DNA of 64,000 nucleotides, taken from Ginsengibacter sp. (GTDB taxonomy: Bacteria; Bacteroidota; Bacteroidia; Chitinophagales; Chitinophagaceae). Made by a program: the position numbers and the translations under genes. Position 1 is the stretch's first letter. Each line of letters starts with the position of its first letter. The notes beneath the pieces were generated by a model. The model saw nothing but the letters and a program-made list of their open reading frames with translations, searched no databases and was not told where the DNA came from. The stretch is from assembly GCA_039931355.1 (NCBI GenBank), contig JBDTSD010000007.1, positions 314-64,313 of the forward strand, written 5' to 3'. Below, piece after piece: positions 28,153-37,431 of the stretch.

Positions 28153-29643
28153 ATGGAAACAAGTATTATACAGTTTCAGAATTTTATTATTGCTACAAGA
28201 GATTCGGGCTACAAAAGCACTGCATCTGCCTTAGCAGAATTAGTTGACAATGCTATCGAAGCTCATGCGACTAAAGTTGAAATTCGAATTATCAAAGTTG
28301 ATGAATCAGAAAATGAGCAGTATGAAGTTTATGTAGTTGACAATGGAAAAGGAATGACAGAAAACGAACTCAATCTTGCTTTGCAATTCGGAGGGAGTTC
28401 ACGATTCAATTCACGAAGTCAACTTGGTCGCTATGGAATGGGATTACCAAATAGTTCTTTGAGCCAAAGCCGGAGGGTTGAAGTAACGACATGGAAAAAC
28501 AAAGGCGCATTTATCAGCAACTACCTTGATGTTGATGAGGTGATTGATAAAAAACTTACTTATTTGCCAAAACCTAAAAAATCCACAGAATGTTCTTTAC
28601 CAATTCATAGTAAGTCAGGGACTATAGTTCGGTGGAAAAAATGCGACCGCCTGTCGTTTAAGTATTTGAAAAGTTTGGTGAAGCATATCCAATTTGAATT
28701 GGGAAGAATTTTCCGTTATGCAATTTGGCGTGGGGTGGAAATAAAAGTGTGCAATGAAAAAGTAATTGCCTTTGACCCGCTTTTCATTGGCGAAGGAGTG
28801 AGTTTGAAAGGTGGTGTTCCTTATGGCAAGGAATTGCATTACGAAATAAAGTTACCAGGTAATGAAAAAAATATTTCGGATGTGCGGGTGCGATTTATTG
28901 AATTGCCTGTGCAGGATTGGGCAAAGTTGCCTAATGAGGAGAAACGAAGAAACCAAATCACGAAGTGTGCAGGTGTAACAATTCTTCGTGCTGAAAGAGA
29001 AATTGATTACGGTTGGTTTTTCATGGGAGAAAAGCGCAAGGAAAATTATGATGACTGGTGGCGGTGTGAAATTTCTTTTAGTCCTGATTTGGATGAAGTG
29101 TTTGGTGTAACACATACCAAACAAGAAATAAAGCAAACGGAGTTCATGAATAACATTCTTGTGCCTGACATGGAACAAACAGCACGGGCATTGAATAATC
29201 GAGTGCGCTTGAATTTTATTGACCTGAAGAAAACGCATCCTGCAGTTTATTCAAAACAGCAACTTGAACGAACTGATGTGTACTTGCCTGCGCTGAAAAA
29301 AAATGGAGGTGTTGTTACAAAGATGAATGCCAGCAGTAAAATCAAGGGTCTGCAATATGAAATCGTGACGAAGGAATTGAAGGACGACATTTTTTTTGAT
29401 GTCGAAGAAATTCAAAACTGCATTGTATTGACCGTGAACACTGCTCATTTATTTTATGACAAAGTTTTTAAAGCACTGCACGAGCGAAGGATAAACAATG
29501 TAGCAGGGTTTATCAAAGTCATGGAGATGCTGATCTTTGCTGCTGCAAGGTCAGAGTTTGCATTTACTGGAAGAAAGGAAGGCAAGATTATTTCGGACTT
29601 CAAAAAAGAATGGAGTTCTCAGTTAAAAACATTTATTAGTTAA
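28153..29643 (+). CDS. MORC-type GHKL ATPase 2, paralogue of ATPase 1
   Basis: RDSGY, AELVDNAIEA, DNGKGM, GRYGMGLPNSSLS, RAEREID, DEVFGVTHTKQ, VNTAHLFY. Confidence 0.9.
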   Translation: METSIIQFQNFIIATRDSGYKSTASALAELVDNAIEAHATKVEIRIIKVDESENEQYEVYVVDNGKGMTENELNLALQFGGSSRFNSRSQLGRYGMGLPNSSLSQSRRVEVTTWKNKGAFISNYLDVDEVIDKKLTYLPKPKKSTECSLPIHSKSGTIVRWKKCDRLSFKYLKSLVKHIQFELGRIFRYAIWRGVEIKVCNEKVIAFDPLFIGEGVSLKGGVPYGKELHYEIKLPGNEKNISDVRVRFIELPVQDWAKLPNEEKRRNQITKCAGVTILRAEREIDYGWFFMGEKRKENYDDWWRCEISFSPDLDEVFGVTHTKQEIKQTEFMNNILVPDMEQTARALNNRVRLNFIDLKKTHPAVYSKQQLERTDVYLPALKKNGGVVTKMNASSKIKGLQYEIVTKELKDDIFFDVEEIQNCIVLTVNTAHLFYDKVFKALHERRINNVAGFIKVMEMLIFAAARSEFAFTGRKEGKIISDFKKEWSSQLKTFIS

Positions 29644-31664
29644 TGGAAAAGGAAGTAATAAATATAGAGCCGAAATTAAGCAAGGTGCAACTTGAAATGT
29701 TTTTGAATTTCTGCAAGCGGGTGAAGAAATCGGTGAACAGAAAAAGAATTGATGTGAGAATTGAATTTTTGGTGAAGGAGAAAGAGGAAGTGAATGGGCA
29801 ATATAGTGGAAAGGGATTTCATCCACATACAGATTTGGCTTTCATGGAAAATTTGATTTTGGATTTGATGTTGCAAGATTGGGAACTGATAGTGAACAGA
29901 GGAAAGATTTTGCTGGAGTTGGAAACATTGGACATGAAGGATAAAAATCTTGACGATGAAAAAGCGAAAACGAGGCGCAGGCATTTATTAGCCAGAGATG
30001 TGCAACTGAAAGAAACTTCAGTAAGAGATTTCATTCGAGGAATGGAAAAAAGGCGACTAACTTCCAAAGGCTGGCAGTCGATCTTTTCTATTATGCGTGA
30101 TGGCAGTGAATTGAAAAAACTGTTGAATGAAGTAAAGCACCTTGCAACAGAAGACAAGAAGGTTGATGCGCTCAACAAAATTGTAAGGCCTTACATTCAG
30201 GTTGTCGAACCCACAGAAAAATGTGAGCAAACCGGCTTGGCTCTCTCTGACATTTGGAGATACTTCAGACACACCTGGATTAACGAATACAAATCGTTGC
30301 CGGGAAGATCAATGTCAATTTTGATTCGTGATGCTGCTGCACCCAATCACCCGGTGATTGGCATTGCAGCTCTTGGTAGCTCTGTTGCACAACAAACTTG
30401 CAGAGATGAATGGATAGGTTGGAATGGCGAAACATTTATTGAACGATTGAAAAATGACCCATCAGCAAAGCTTGGAAAATGGATTATTGAAACATTGGAA
30501 ATGCTTCTTAGTGAAATCTATCTGAAAGATTTTTTTAAGAGCAAAATCATTTCTCTTTCTGACATCAGAAATCCTTCATCGGAAAAAATAAAGGAGTTGC
30601 GTGAACTGTCGCTTCTGTTTAAGGCCAAGCACATGAACAACCCTGAAACTGCAAAGTTTAGTGTTGGTAACGATGAAATGAGTTGGTCCCAACGAGCCGA
30701 AACAAATTTGTTCAAGAGCAAAAGAGCGACTCTGCTTGCAGAACTGCTCGGAATAAAAATGATGCTGAACAAATATGAGTTCACGAAGGGAACGAAGAAA
30801 GAATTGGAAAGGTGTTTGGAGAATACAGATTTTCGAAATGCTGTAGAAAGATTAGCAAGAAAAGCAAAGTCCATTCACGTTGGAATAAATATGATGGACA
30901 TTATTGTTGCCGGTTCTGTTGCTCCTTATAATCATTTGCTGGGAGGTAAACTTGTTTGTATGATGCTGACGAGCCCTGAACTTACCCAATACTATAATGA
31001 GAAGTATGGGGAATATGTGAGTTTAATTGCTTCTTCTATGAGTGGCAAGGCACTTGTGCGGAAGCCGCAACTTGTAATGCTTGGCACTACAAGTTTGTAT
31101 GGGGTTGGAAGCAGCCAATACAACAGAATAAAAATTCCTGTTGAAGAAATCGGTGGGAAGAAAGGCCACAAAATAGAATACAAGGAACTTGGATTCAGCG
31201 AGGGCTTTGGTTCGTTTCATTTCAGCAGTAACACAATCACTTTAGCAGATGCTGTTGCTGGGCGTGAAAGTGGTAGAAAGCGTGTGAACAGTATTTTCGG
31301 TGAAGGTGCAAATCCATTGATAAGAAAGTTGAAAGACGCAATGGAGCATTTAGAGTTGGAGAGTAATCCAATTTTAAATCATCGTAACAAAAGAGTAGTA
31401 TATGGGATTGCTTTAGCAGAAAATTTTGGTGATGTTTTGCTGGGCTTAGCCGAGCGACCTAAGTATTTAATACCACAAGGAAAGCCAAAATTGCAAAGCG
31501 AGTTGATTGGCAAGTATTGGATAAAGCGATGGCTACTTAACCGAATTAAGAATGATGAAATTTTAGAAAAAGTTAATATGCATTCTCTATCATATCCGAT
31601 CACACATGGAGCAAGAGTGCCGCTAAATGAAGACGAAAATCAACTGGCATTATTTAATACTTGA
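29643..31664 (+). CDS. druA: DruA / DUF4338-like protein
   Basis: WRYFRHTW..LPGRSMSILIRDAAAPNHPVIGIAAL, RDEWIGW, GSVAPYNHLLGGKLV, GTTSLYGVGSSQYNR; TAATG coupling to ATPase 2. Confidence 0.78.
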   Translation: MEKEVINIEPKLSKVQLEMFLNFCKRVKKSVNRKRIDVRIEFLVKEKEEVNGQYSGKGFHPHTDLAFMENLILDLMLQDWELIVNRGKILLELETLDMKDKNLDDEKAKTRRRHLLARDVQLKETSVRDFIRGMEKRRLTSKGWQSIFSIMRDGSELKKLLNEVKHLATEDKKVDALNKIVRPYIQVVEPTEKCEQTGLALSDIWRYFRHTWINEYKSLPGRSMSILIRDAAAPNHPVIGIAALGSSVAQQTCRDEWIGWNGETFIERLKNDPSAKLGKWIIETLEMLLSEIYLKDFFKSKIISLSDIRNPSSEKIKELRELSLLFKAKHMNNPETAKFSVGNDEMSWSQRAETNLFKSKRATLLAELLGIKMMLNKYEFTKGTKKELERCLENTDFRNAVERLARKAKSIHVGINMMDIIVAGSVAPYNHLLGGKLVCMMLTSPELTQYYNEKYGEYVSLIASSMSGKALVRKPQLVMLGTTSLYGVGSSQYNRIKIPVEEIGGKKGHKIEYKELGFSEGFGSFHFSSNTITLADAVAGRESGRKRVNSIFGEGANPLIRKLKDAMEHLELESNPILNHRNKRVVYGIALAENFGDVLLGLAERPKYLIPQGKPKLQSELIGKYWIKRWLLNRIKNDEILEKVNMHSLSYPITHGARVPLNEDENQLALFNT

Positions 31665-31677
31665 TAAAACAAATCTT

Positions 31678-32169
31678 ATGGCAAGGAAAGTTTTTTTTAG
31701 TTTCCAATTTCAAAAGGATCATTGGCGGGCAGGGCAGGTGAGAAGTATTGGAGCGATAGAAGGTAACTCTGAAGTCTCAGATAACAAATGGGCAGAAATA
31801 AAAGCTCAAGGAGATAACGAAGTAAAAAAATGGATTAATGAAAATATGATTGGGAGAACTTGTTTAGTTGTTCTAATCGGTAATGGAACAGCTGATAGGA
31901 AATGGATAAACTACGAAATTGAAAAGGCTTGGAACGACAAAAGAGGTGTTGTCGGAATATATGTCCACAATTTAAAAAATAGCGCAGGTGAACAAGATGA
32001 CAAAGGTTATAACCCATTCGATTATGTATATCATGATGGAAAGAAACTTTCATCTATTGTAAAAACATTCAATTCAATTTATTCAACCAGTACATACGTT
32101 TACGATGATATAAAAAATAATCTTGTGAATCTTATAGAAGAGGCTATTAAAATTCGGGACAATAATTGA
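31678..32169 (+). CDS. thsB: ThsB-like TIR-domain protein (DUF1863/MTH538; start placed at ATG 31678)
   Basis: MARKVFFSFQF..DHWRAGQVR, IKKW-like EVKKWINENM, LVVLIG..TADRKWINYEI (catalytic Glu), GVVGIYVHNLK, GYNPF. Confidence 0.88.
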   Translation: MARKVFFSFQFQKDHWRAGQVRSIGAIEGNSEVSDNKWAEIKAQGDNEVKKWINENMIGRTCLVVLIGNGTADRKWINYEIEKAWNDKRGVVGIYVHNLKNSAGEQDDKGYNPFDYVYHDGKKLSSIVKTFNSIYSTSTYVYDDIKNNLVNLIEEAIKIRDNN

Positions 32170-32213
32170 AAACGCAAAAATTTACCTATTGTGAGGATTT
32201 TGTTTAATCCCAA

Positions 32214-32239
32214 GGTGCCGCCAGCATCCGCTGGTGACC
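32214..32239. repeat. Short REP-like hairpin at the right edge of the island
   Basis: ggtgccgccagc-atcc-gctggtgacc. Confidence 0.4.
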
Positions 32240-32416
32240 ACTATTAAAATAAAATCTGAAATGCTATTTAATCGTTTTTTCACATCTCCCCAACGAAACT
32301 GGACTTCCTGATCCTCTTCCCCGTCATCTCAAAAATTGCAGTGACCAATTCGGTGCAAAAAGCAGCGAACCGCTCCACCGCATAAATAAAAAACTCCTCG
32401 GCACTTTACGATTCCC

Positions 32417-33661
32417 TCACAACCAAAGCGAACCAATTGCAAATAACAACGCCACTGTCATTACCAGCAAACCAGTTTTTAGAAAATCCCAGGCGGTAAC
32501 ATTGATGCCTTCCCGCCGCAAGGCAACAAGCCAGAGAATGGTTGCAAGTGAGCCGGTGACAGAAAGGTTGGGGCCGAGGTCTGTGCCGATAAGGATAGCG
32601 CTCTTTATCATGCCGGGCACCTCTCCGGATTGCACCACGTGCCCGGCAATAAGGCCTGCGGGCAGGTTGTTTACCAGGTTGCTGGCAAAGGCGACAATAA
32701 AACCGCAGCCCCATATAGTTGCGGTTATGGATCTACTGATACCCTGCTGCAAAATTGTTGACAGCATATCAATCAGCCCGGTTTTATCAAGCGCTTCCAC
32801 TATTATAAAGAGGCCTGCAACTAATAGCAGTACAGACCAGGTCATACCTTGTAAAACTCTTTGTGGACTTTTCTTTGCAGCCAGCAACACTATGGCTGTA
32901 GTCAATACACCTGTGATGGCCGTAGGCAAGCCGAGTTGTAAATCCAATGCAGAGGCGATAAGTAAAATAATCGCGGTAGCCGCAATACCCCATAAGGCAG
33001 TTCTTCCGCCATTTGTAAGCGCTGGTATTTCAATGCGGGTTTCAATTGTTTGACGGATGTTTTTGCGTTGCACCAGGTAAAGTATTATGTAGGTCACCAC
33101 TATAGCACAAACGGAAGGCAGCGAATATAGTTGCAACCATTGCTTCAAGGGTGGCATGCGGCTTCCATAGATTACCAGGTTAGCCGGGTTGGAAATGGGC
33201 AATACAAAAGAAGCAGCATTCGCTACGAAGGCGCAGATAAGCAGGTAAGGAAGCGGGTTCTTTACTTTGGCTGCTTTTGTAGCTGCAATCACAGCAGGCG
33301 TAAGTACAACAGCAGTTGCATCATTGGATAAAAATACCGTGACGAGCGTGCCTGTTATGTACATCAAAAGAAAGAGCCGGTTGCTTGAACCTTTGGCTAT
33401 ATTGGTAGCGTGGGCGGCCAGCCAGTCAAAGAGCTTTTCTTCGCGGGCTGTTTCTGCCAGCAGCATCATACCGGTTAAAAATAAATAGACATCTGTACCC
33501 CTGTTGATTCCTGTAAACCCTTCTGCCGGAGATATAAGTCCGCACGCTAGCAACAGTATCGCGCCACCTACAGCCCACACGACCTCCGGCACTTTGAAAG
33601 GGCGTATGATAACCCCGGTTATAGATAAAAATGCAATGCTCCAGGTAGCAACGTGGTTCAT
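32417..33661 (-). CDS. ArsB/NhaD family permease (arsenic transporter-like)
   Basis: LSNDATAVVLTP, ANAASFVLPISNPANL, SNLVNNLPA, LGPNLSVTGSLATILW. Confidence 0.88.
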   Translation of the reverse strand: MNHVATWSIAFLSITGVIIRPFKVPEVVWAVGGAILLLACGLISPAEGFTGINRGTDVYLFLTGMMLLAETAREEKLFDWLAAHATNIAKGSSNRLFLLMYITGTLVTVFLSNDATAVVLTPAVIAATKAAKVKNPLPYLLICAFVANAASFVLPISNPANLVIYGSRMPPLKQWLQLYSLPSVCAIVVTYIILYLVQRKNIRQTIETRIEIPALTNGGRTALWGIAATAIILLIASALDLQLGLPTAITGVLTTAIVLLAAKKSPQRVLQGMTWSVLLLVAGLFIIVEALDKTGLIDMLSTILQQGISRSITATIWGCGFIVAFASNLVNNLPAGLIAGHVVQSGEVPGMIKSAILIGTDLGPNLSVTGSLATILWLVALRREGINVTAWDFLKTGLLVMTVALLFAIGSLWL

Positions 33662-33678
33662 ATTTTATTTAAGAGATG

Positions 33679-33686
33679 CAAATGTA
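33679..33686 (-). promoter_or_regulatory. -7 promoter box for the ArsB-type permease
   Basis: Minus strand tacatttg, 17 bp upstream of the ATG. Confidence 0.55.
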
Positions 33687-33836
33687 ATCCAATGCAAGGC
33701 TCGATCTATGCGACTATGCCTGTTTCAAAAATAAAATAATAAGATGGAGTGGATCGTATTGAAAATCCCCTTGCATAAAGAAGATTCAAACCTGGTAGGC
33801 AGGTTTAATATGGAAACAGTGTGCCGTTTAGAAGGA

Positions 33837-34253
33837 TTATTTTAAAAAAGACTCAACTGCAAGCATATATCCCTTAATCCCAAAACCAAAAATAGTGCCT
33901 GCGCATTTGGCCGTAATGTGTGAGTATTTCCTGAATTCTTCCCGTGCTTCTATATTGGAAATATGTACTTCTACAACCGGCACTTTTATCGCGGCTATTG
34001 CATCGCCAATGGCAATTGACGTATGAGTATAAGCTCCGGCATTTAAAATAATACCGTCCATTTTTAAAGCAGCGCGTTGTAGTTCATTTATTAATTCACC
34101 TTCAACATTACTTTGATAATAATCAAAATCAATGTTCTCATATTTCTTACGGATCTTATTGAAATATTGTTCGAAAGATTCCCCTCCATAAATGTCAGTT
34201 TCCCTTGATCCAATAAGGTTCAAATTTGGGCCGTTTATTATTGCAATTTTCAT
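33837..34253 (-). CDS. aroQ: Type II 3-dehydroquinate dehydratase (start placed at ATG 34253)
   Basis: INGPNLNLIG, QSNVEGELI, NAGAYTHTSIAI, VEVHISNI. Confidence 0.96.
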   Translation of the reverse strand: MKIAIINGPNLNLIGSRETDIYGGESFEQYFNKIRKKYENIDFDYYQSNVEGELINELQRAALKMDGIILNAGAYTHTSIAIGDAIAAIKVPVVEVHISNIEAREEFRKYSHITAKCAGTIFGFGIKGYMLAVESFLK

Positions 34254-34254
34254 A

Positions 34255-34277
34255 CCCTCTAACTCCCTCAAGGGAGA
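34255..34277. repeat. Family P element abutting the aroQ start
   Basis: ccctctaactccctcaagggaga, same consensus as 975-1000. Confidence 0.75.
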
Positions 34278-34327
34278 TTTTATTTTAAAAGTTATTAATG
34301 CTTTTTCGTTATCAAAAATACTTCAAT

Positions 34328-35443
34328 TTACCCTTCAACGCTGGAGGCCATCAAGCCAAAAAACTGGTCGAATAAATACCGGCTGTCGTGTGGGCCCGGC
34401 GTGGCTTCAGGATGGTATTGCACCGAAAATGCAGGACGGTCTTTAAGCCTTATACCTTCAATTGAATCATCATTTAGATTAACGTGGGTTATCTCGATGT
34501 TTTCACTTTCTTTTATGGCTTCTGCATCCACACCAAATCCATGGTTCTGAGTCGTGATTTCACACTTGCCTGTTATTAAATTTTTTACCGGGTGATTTAA
34601 ACCTCTGTGGCCATGGTGCATTTTAAATGTAGGTATATCATTTGCCAAAGCAAGCAATTGTTGCCCAAGGCAAATTCCAAATAAAGGCCTTTTTGCTGCA
34701 AGTATTTTTTTAATAGTAGTAACGGCTTTATGCAATGGTTCAGGATCACCCGGACCATTACTTATAAAGTAACCATGCGGCTTAAAGTTTTCAATTTCTT
34801 CAAATTCTGTATCTGCATTAAACACTTTCACAAAAGCACCTCTCTCAATCATGCAGTTTAAAATATTCTTTTTAATTCCGTAATCAAGCGCCGCAACCCG
34901 CACTTTACTATTTTCATCACCAATGGTATAACTATCTTTTACAGAAACCTTACTGGCAAGTTCCAAACCGTCCATTGAAGGCACACCAGCAAGCATTTCT
35001 TTTAGTTCATCTATACTTTGGCCTTCTGAAGATATTATGCAATTCATGGCGCCATTACTTCTTACATGTGTAACCAGCGCACGGGTATCAATGCCATCTA
35101 TCGCCACAATATTTTGCTTTTCAAAATATTGCTGCAGGGAATCGTTTGCAGCAAAACGGGAATATTGTTCTTCGAGGTTTCTGCCTATTATTCCTTTCAC
35201 TTTAACCGAGTCGCTTTCAACATCTGTTTCATTTACGCCGTAGTTGCCAATGTGTACGCTGTTCATTATTACTATTTGCCCATAATAGCTCGGGTCAGTA
35301 AATACTTCCTGGTAACCAGTCATGCCGGTATTAAAACAAATTTCGCCGGTGGCAGTACCAATTTTTCCAAAAGCTTTGCCCTGGAAAATATTGCCATCTT
35401 CTAAAATTAAAACTGCGGAGCGTGGAGGATTTTGATCAGACAT
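34328..35443 (-). CDS. carA: Carbamoyl-phosphate synthase small subunit
   Basis: FNTGMTGYQE, SNGPGDP, GICLGQQ, QNHGF, SVQYHPEATPGPHD. Confidence 0.97.
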   Translation of the reverse strand: MSDQNPPRSAVLILEDGNIFQGKAFGKIGTATGEICFNTGMTGYQEVFTDPSYYGQIVIMNSVHIGNYGVNETDVESDSVKVKGIIGRNLEEQYSRFAANDSLQQYFEKQNIVAIDGIDTRALVTHVRSNGAMNCIISSEGQSIDELKEMLAGVPSMDGLELASKVSVKDSYTIGDENSKVRVAALDYGIKKNILNCMIERGAFVKVFNADTEFEEIENFKPHGYFISNGPGDPEPLHKAVTTIKKILAAKRPLFGICLGQQLLALANDIPTFKMHHGHRGLNHPVKNLITGKCEITTQNHGFGVDAEAIKESENIEITHVNLNDDSIEGIRLKDRPAFSVQYHPEATPGPHDSRYLFDQFFGLMASSVEG

Positions 35444-35534
35444 TTATAAGGTTTTGCAAAGAAAAGGAAATGAGGGGAAAATCAATTCTATTTTTTATCA
35501 AATTCTTTCTTTGGATAAGTTTAAAATAAAGGGC

Positions 35535-35560
35535 AAAAAAAAGCCCCGTTTGAACGGGGC
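35535..35560 (-). terminator. Terminator of the alpha ribosomal operon
   Basis: Minus strand gccccgt-tcaa-acggggc-tttttttt after the rplQ stop. Confidence 0.85.
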
Positions 35561-35572
35561 AAAATATATAAA

Positions 35573-36181
35573 TTAAGCTTTTACTTCGGGCTCAGTATTA
35601 TCAGGCTCTTCTACGGGCGCTTCAGTTGCAGGATTATCAGCCGGTACGGGTTCTGTAACTGGTGTTTCTTCCGCAGGTTCTACTTCAGCATCTGCAGATT
35701 TTGCTGCTACTTCTGTTGTTGCTGCTACTTCTGGTTGAGCCGAAGCAGCTTTTTTACCTCTTCCTGCCCTACGTGTTTTCTTAGTAGCAGTTTCCTGCTC
35801 ACCAATACCTTTGCCATAAACTTCATTGTAATCAACCAATTCAATCATTGCCAATTCAGCATTATCACCTACCCTTTTTCCCAACTTAATCACGCGGGTA
35901 TATCCACCGGGGCGTGAAGAAGTTTTTGCACTGATCACATCGAATAATTCTTTCACCGCTTCTTTATCCTGGAGGTGGCTAAACACGAGCCTGCGCTGGT
36001 GTGTAGTATTATCTTTTGCCTTTGTTATCAATGGTTCCACATAAGGGCGCAAGGCTTTTGCTTTTGCTAATGTAGTTACGATTCTTTTGTGCTGAAAAAG
36101 CTGTGCCGCGAGGTTGCCTAACAAGGCTTTGCGGTGGCTGGCTGTCCTGCTTAAATTGTTGTTTTTATTTCCGTGACGCAT
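35573..36181 (-). CDS. rplQ: 50S ribosomal protein L17 with an acidic C-terminal tail
   Basis: [28 protein letters not shown]. Confidence 0.98.
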   Translation of the reverse strand: MRHGNKNNNLSRTASHRKALLGNLAAQLFQHKRIVTTLAKAKALRPYVEPLITKAKDNTTHQRRLVFSHLQDKEAVKELFDVISAKTSSRPGGYTRVIKLGKRVGDNAELAMIELVDYNEVYGKGIGEQETATKKTRRAGRGKKAASAQPEVAATTEVAAKSADAEVEPAEETPVTEPVPADNPATEAPVEEPDNTEPEVKA

Positions 36182-36238
36182 GACTGTTGTTTTATAGGTT
36201 ATACCGTGTCAGGAATTATAACCTTTATTATTAATTGC

Positions 36239-36271
36239 CCTTCGATCCTTCGACAGGCTCAGGATGACAGG
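36239..36271. repeat. gtcatcctgagcctgtcgaagg-type REP element
   Basis: ccttcgatccttcgacaggctcaggatgacagg between rpoA and rplQ. Confidence 0.6.
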
Positions 36272-36301
36272 CTTTAGGTGACTTTACTAATGTTATCAAG
36301 T

Positions 36302-36328
36302 CTCCCTTTCGGGGAGATTTAGAGGGGC
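36302..36328. repeat. Family P element after the rpoA stop
   Basis: ctccctttcggggagatttagaggggc. Confidence 0.8.
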
Positions 36329-36331
36329 TAC

Positions 36332-37327
36332 TTATTCGTCGTCAAGCTTTAGCTTGCTAAGATCCATTCCGAAACCAAGACCTCTTTCATTCAGCACCTG
36401 CTCAATTTCACTTAAAGACTTCTGCCCGAAGTTTCTAAACTTCATAAGGTCTTCCTGCTCATACTGTACTAACTCACTCAATGAATTAATCTTAGCTGCT
36501 TTCAGGCAATTGAATGCTCTTACCGACAGGTCAAGATCTTCCAATGGCGTTTTCAATACTTTACGAAGTTGTAAAGTTTGTTCATCTACAAGGTCTTCTT
36601 TCTTCTCTTCTTTATTATCGAAAGTGATATTCTCATCAGTAATGATCATCAGGTGTTGGATCAATATTCTTGATGCCTGCTTCACTGCTTCTTCAGGGTG
36701 AATGGTACCATCGGTAACCACATCCATCACGAGCTTTTCGAAATCTGTTCTTTGCTCAACCCTTGTATTTTCTATGCTGTATTTTACATTTTTGATTGGC
36801 GTGTAAATAGCATCAACTGCTATATATCCAAAATGTGAGCTCTTTTCCCTGCTCTCTTCTGCGGGTACATAACCACGGCCTTTACCAATCGTAATTTCGA
36901 TATCCAGCTTTGCTGAGCTATCCATTGTACAAATCAATAATTCCGGGTTCATTACTTCATATGATGGAGACGCATCGCCTATCATACCTGCAGTGAATTC
37001 AGATTTATTTTTTAAAGAAAGACTTATTTTTTCTGTGCCTGCATCCTGGTCAGTTTTCTTTTTAAAACGTACCTGCTTCAGGTTAAGAATAATTTCTGTG
37101 ACATCTTCTGTTATGCCTTTGATAGTAGCAAATTCATGATCAGCTCCGGCGATGCTTATGCCTACAATAGCATAGCCTTCCAAAGAATTAAGCAATACCC
37201 TGCGCAAAGCATTGCCAATGGTTACACCGTAACCTGGTTCTAACGGACGGAACTCGAATTGTGCTTCAAAATCAGTACTTTTCTGGAGAACGATTTTGTC
37301 TGGCTTTACAAAATTTAAAATGGCCAT
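36332..37327 (-). CDS. rpoA: RNA polymerase alpha subunit
   Basis: PLEPGYGVTIGNALRRVLL, DAIYTPI, LSVRAFNCLK, RNFGQKS. Confidence 0.98.
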   Translation of the reverse strand: MAILNFVKPDKIVLQKSTDFEAQFEFRPLEPGYGVTIGNALRRVLLNSLEGYAIVGISIAGADHEFATIKGITEDVTEIILNLKQVRFKKKTDQDAGTEKISLSLKNKSEFTAGMIGDASPSYEVMNPELLICTMDSSAKLDIEITIGKGRGYVPAEESREKSSHFGYIAVDAIYTPIKNVKYSIENTRVEQRTDFEKLVMDVVTDGTIHPEEAVKQASRILIQHLMIITDENITFDNKEEKKEDLVDEQTLQLRKVLKTPLEDLDLSVRAFNCLKAAKINSLSELVQYEQEDLMKFRNFGQKSLSEIEQVLNERGLGFGMDLSKLKLDDE

Positions 37328-37346
37328 TTTTTATTTTGTTTTTGAT

Positions 37347-37427
37347 ACCCCAAACCCCTAAAGAGGCTTAAAGCGTGTTATAAATTAATGTTCAAAAAAA
37401 CCTCATTCCCCTTTAGGGGTTAGGGGC
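37347..37427. repeat. Inverted pair of family P elements between rpsD and rpoA
   Basis: accccaaacccctaaagaggct (37347-37368) and tcccctttaggggttaggggc (37407-37427). Confidence 0.8.
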
Positions 37428-37431
37428 GGGT

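Noticed and set aside
29643-32169. Complete Druantia or Thoeris system
   Set aside because: DruE and ThsA are not in the window
35573-35800. Long Ala/Glu/Pro-rich tail of L17 as a novelty
   Set aside because: Extended L17 C-termini are common in Bacteroidota
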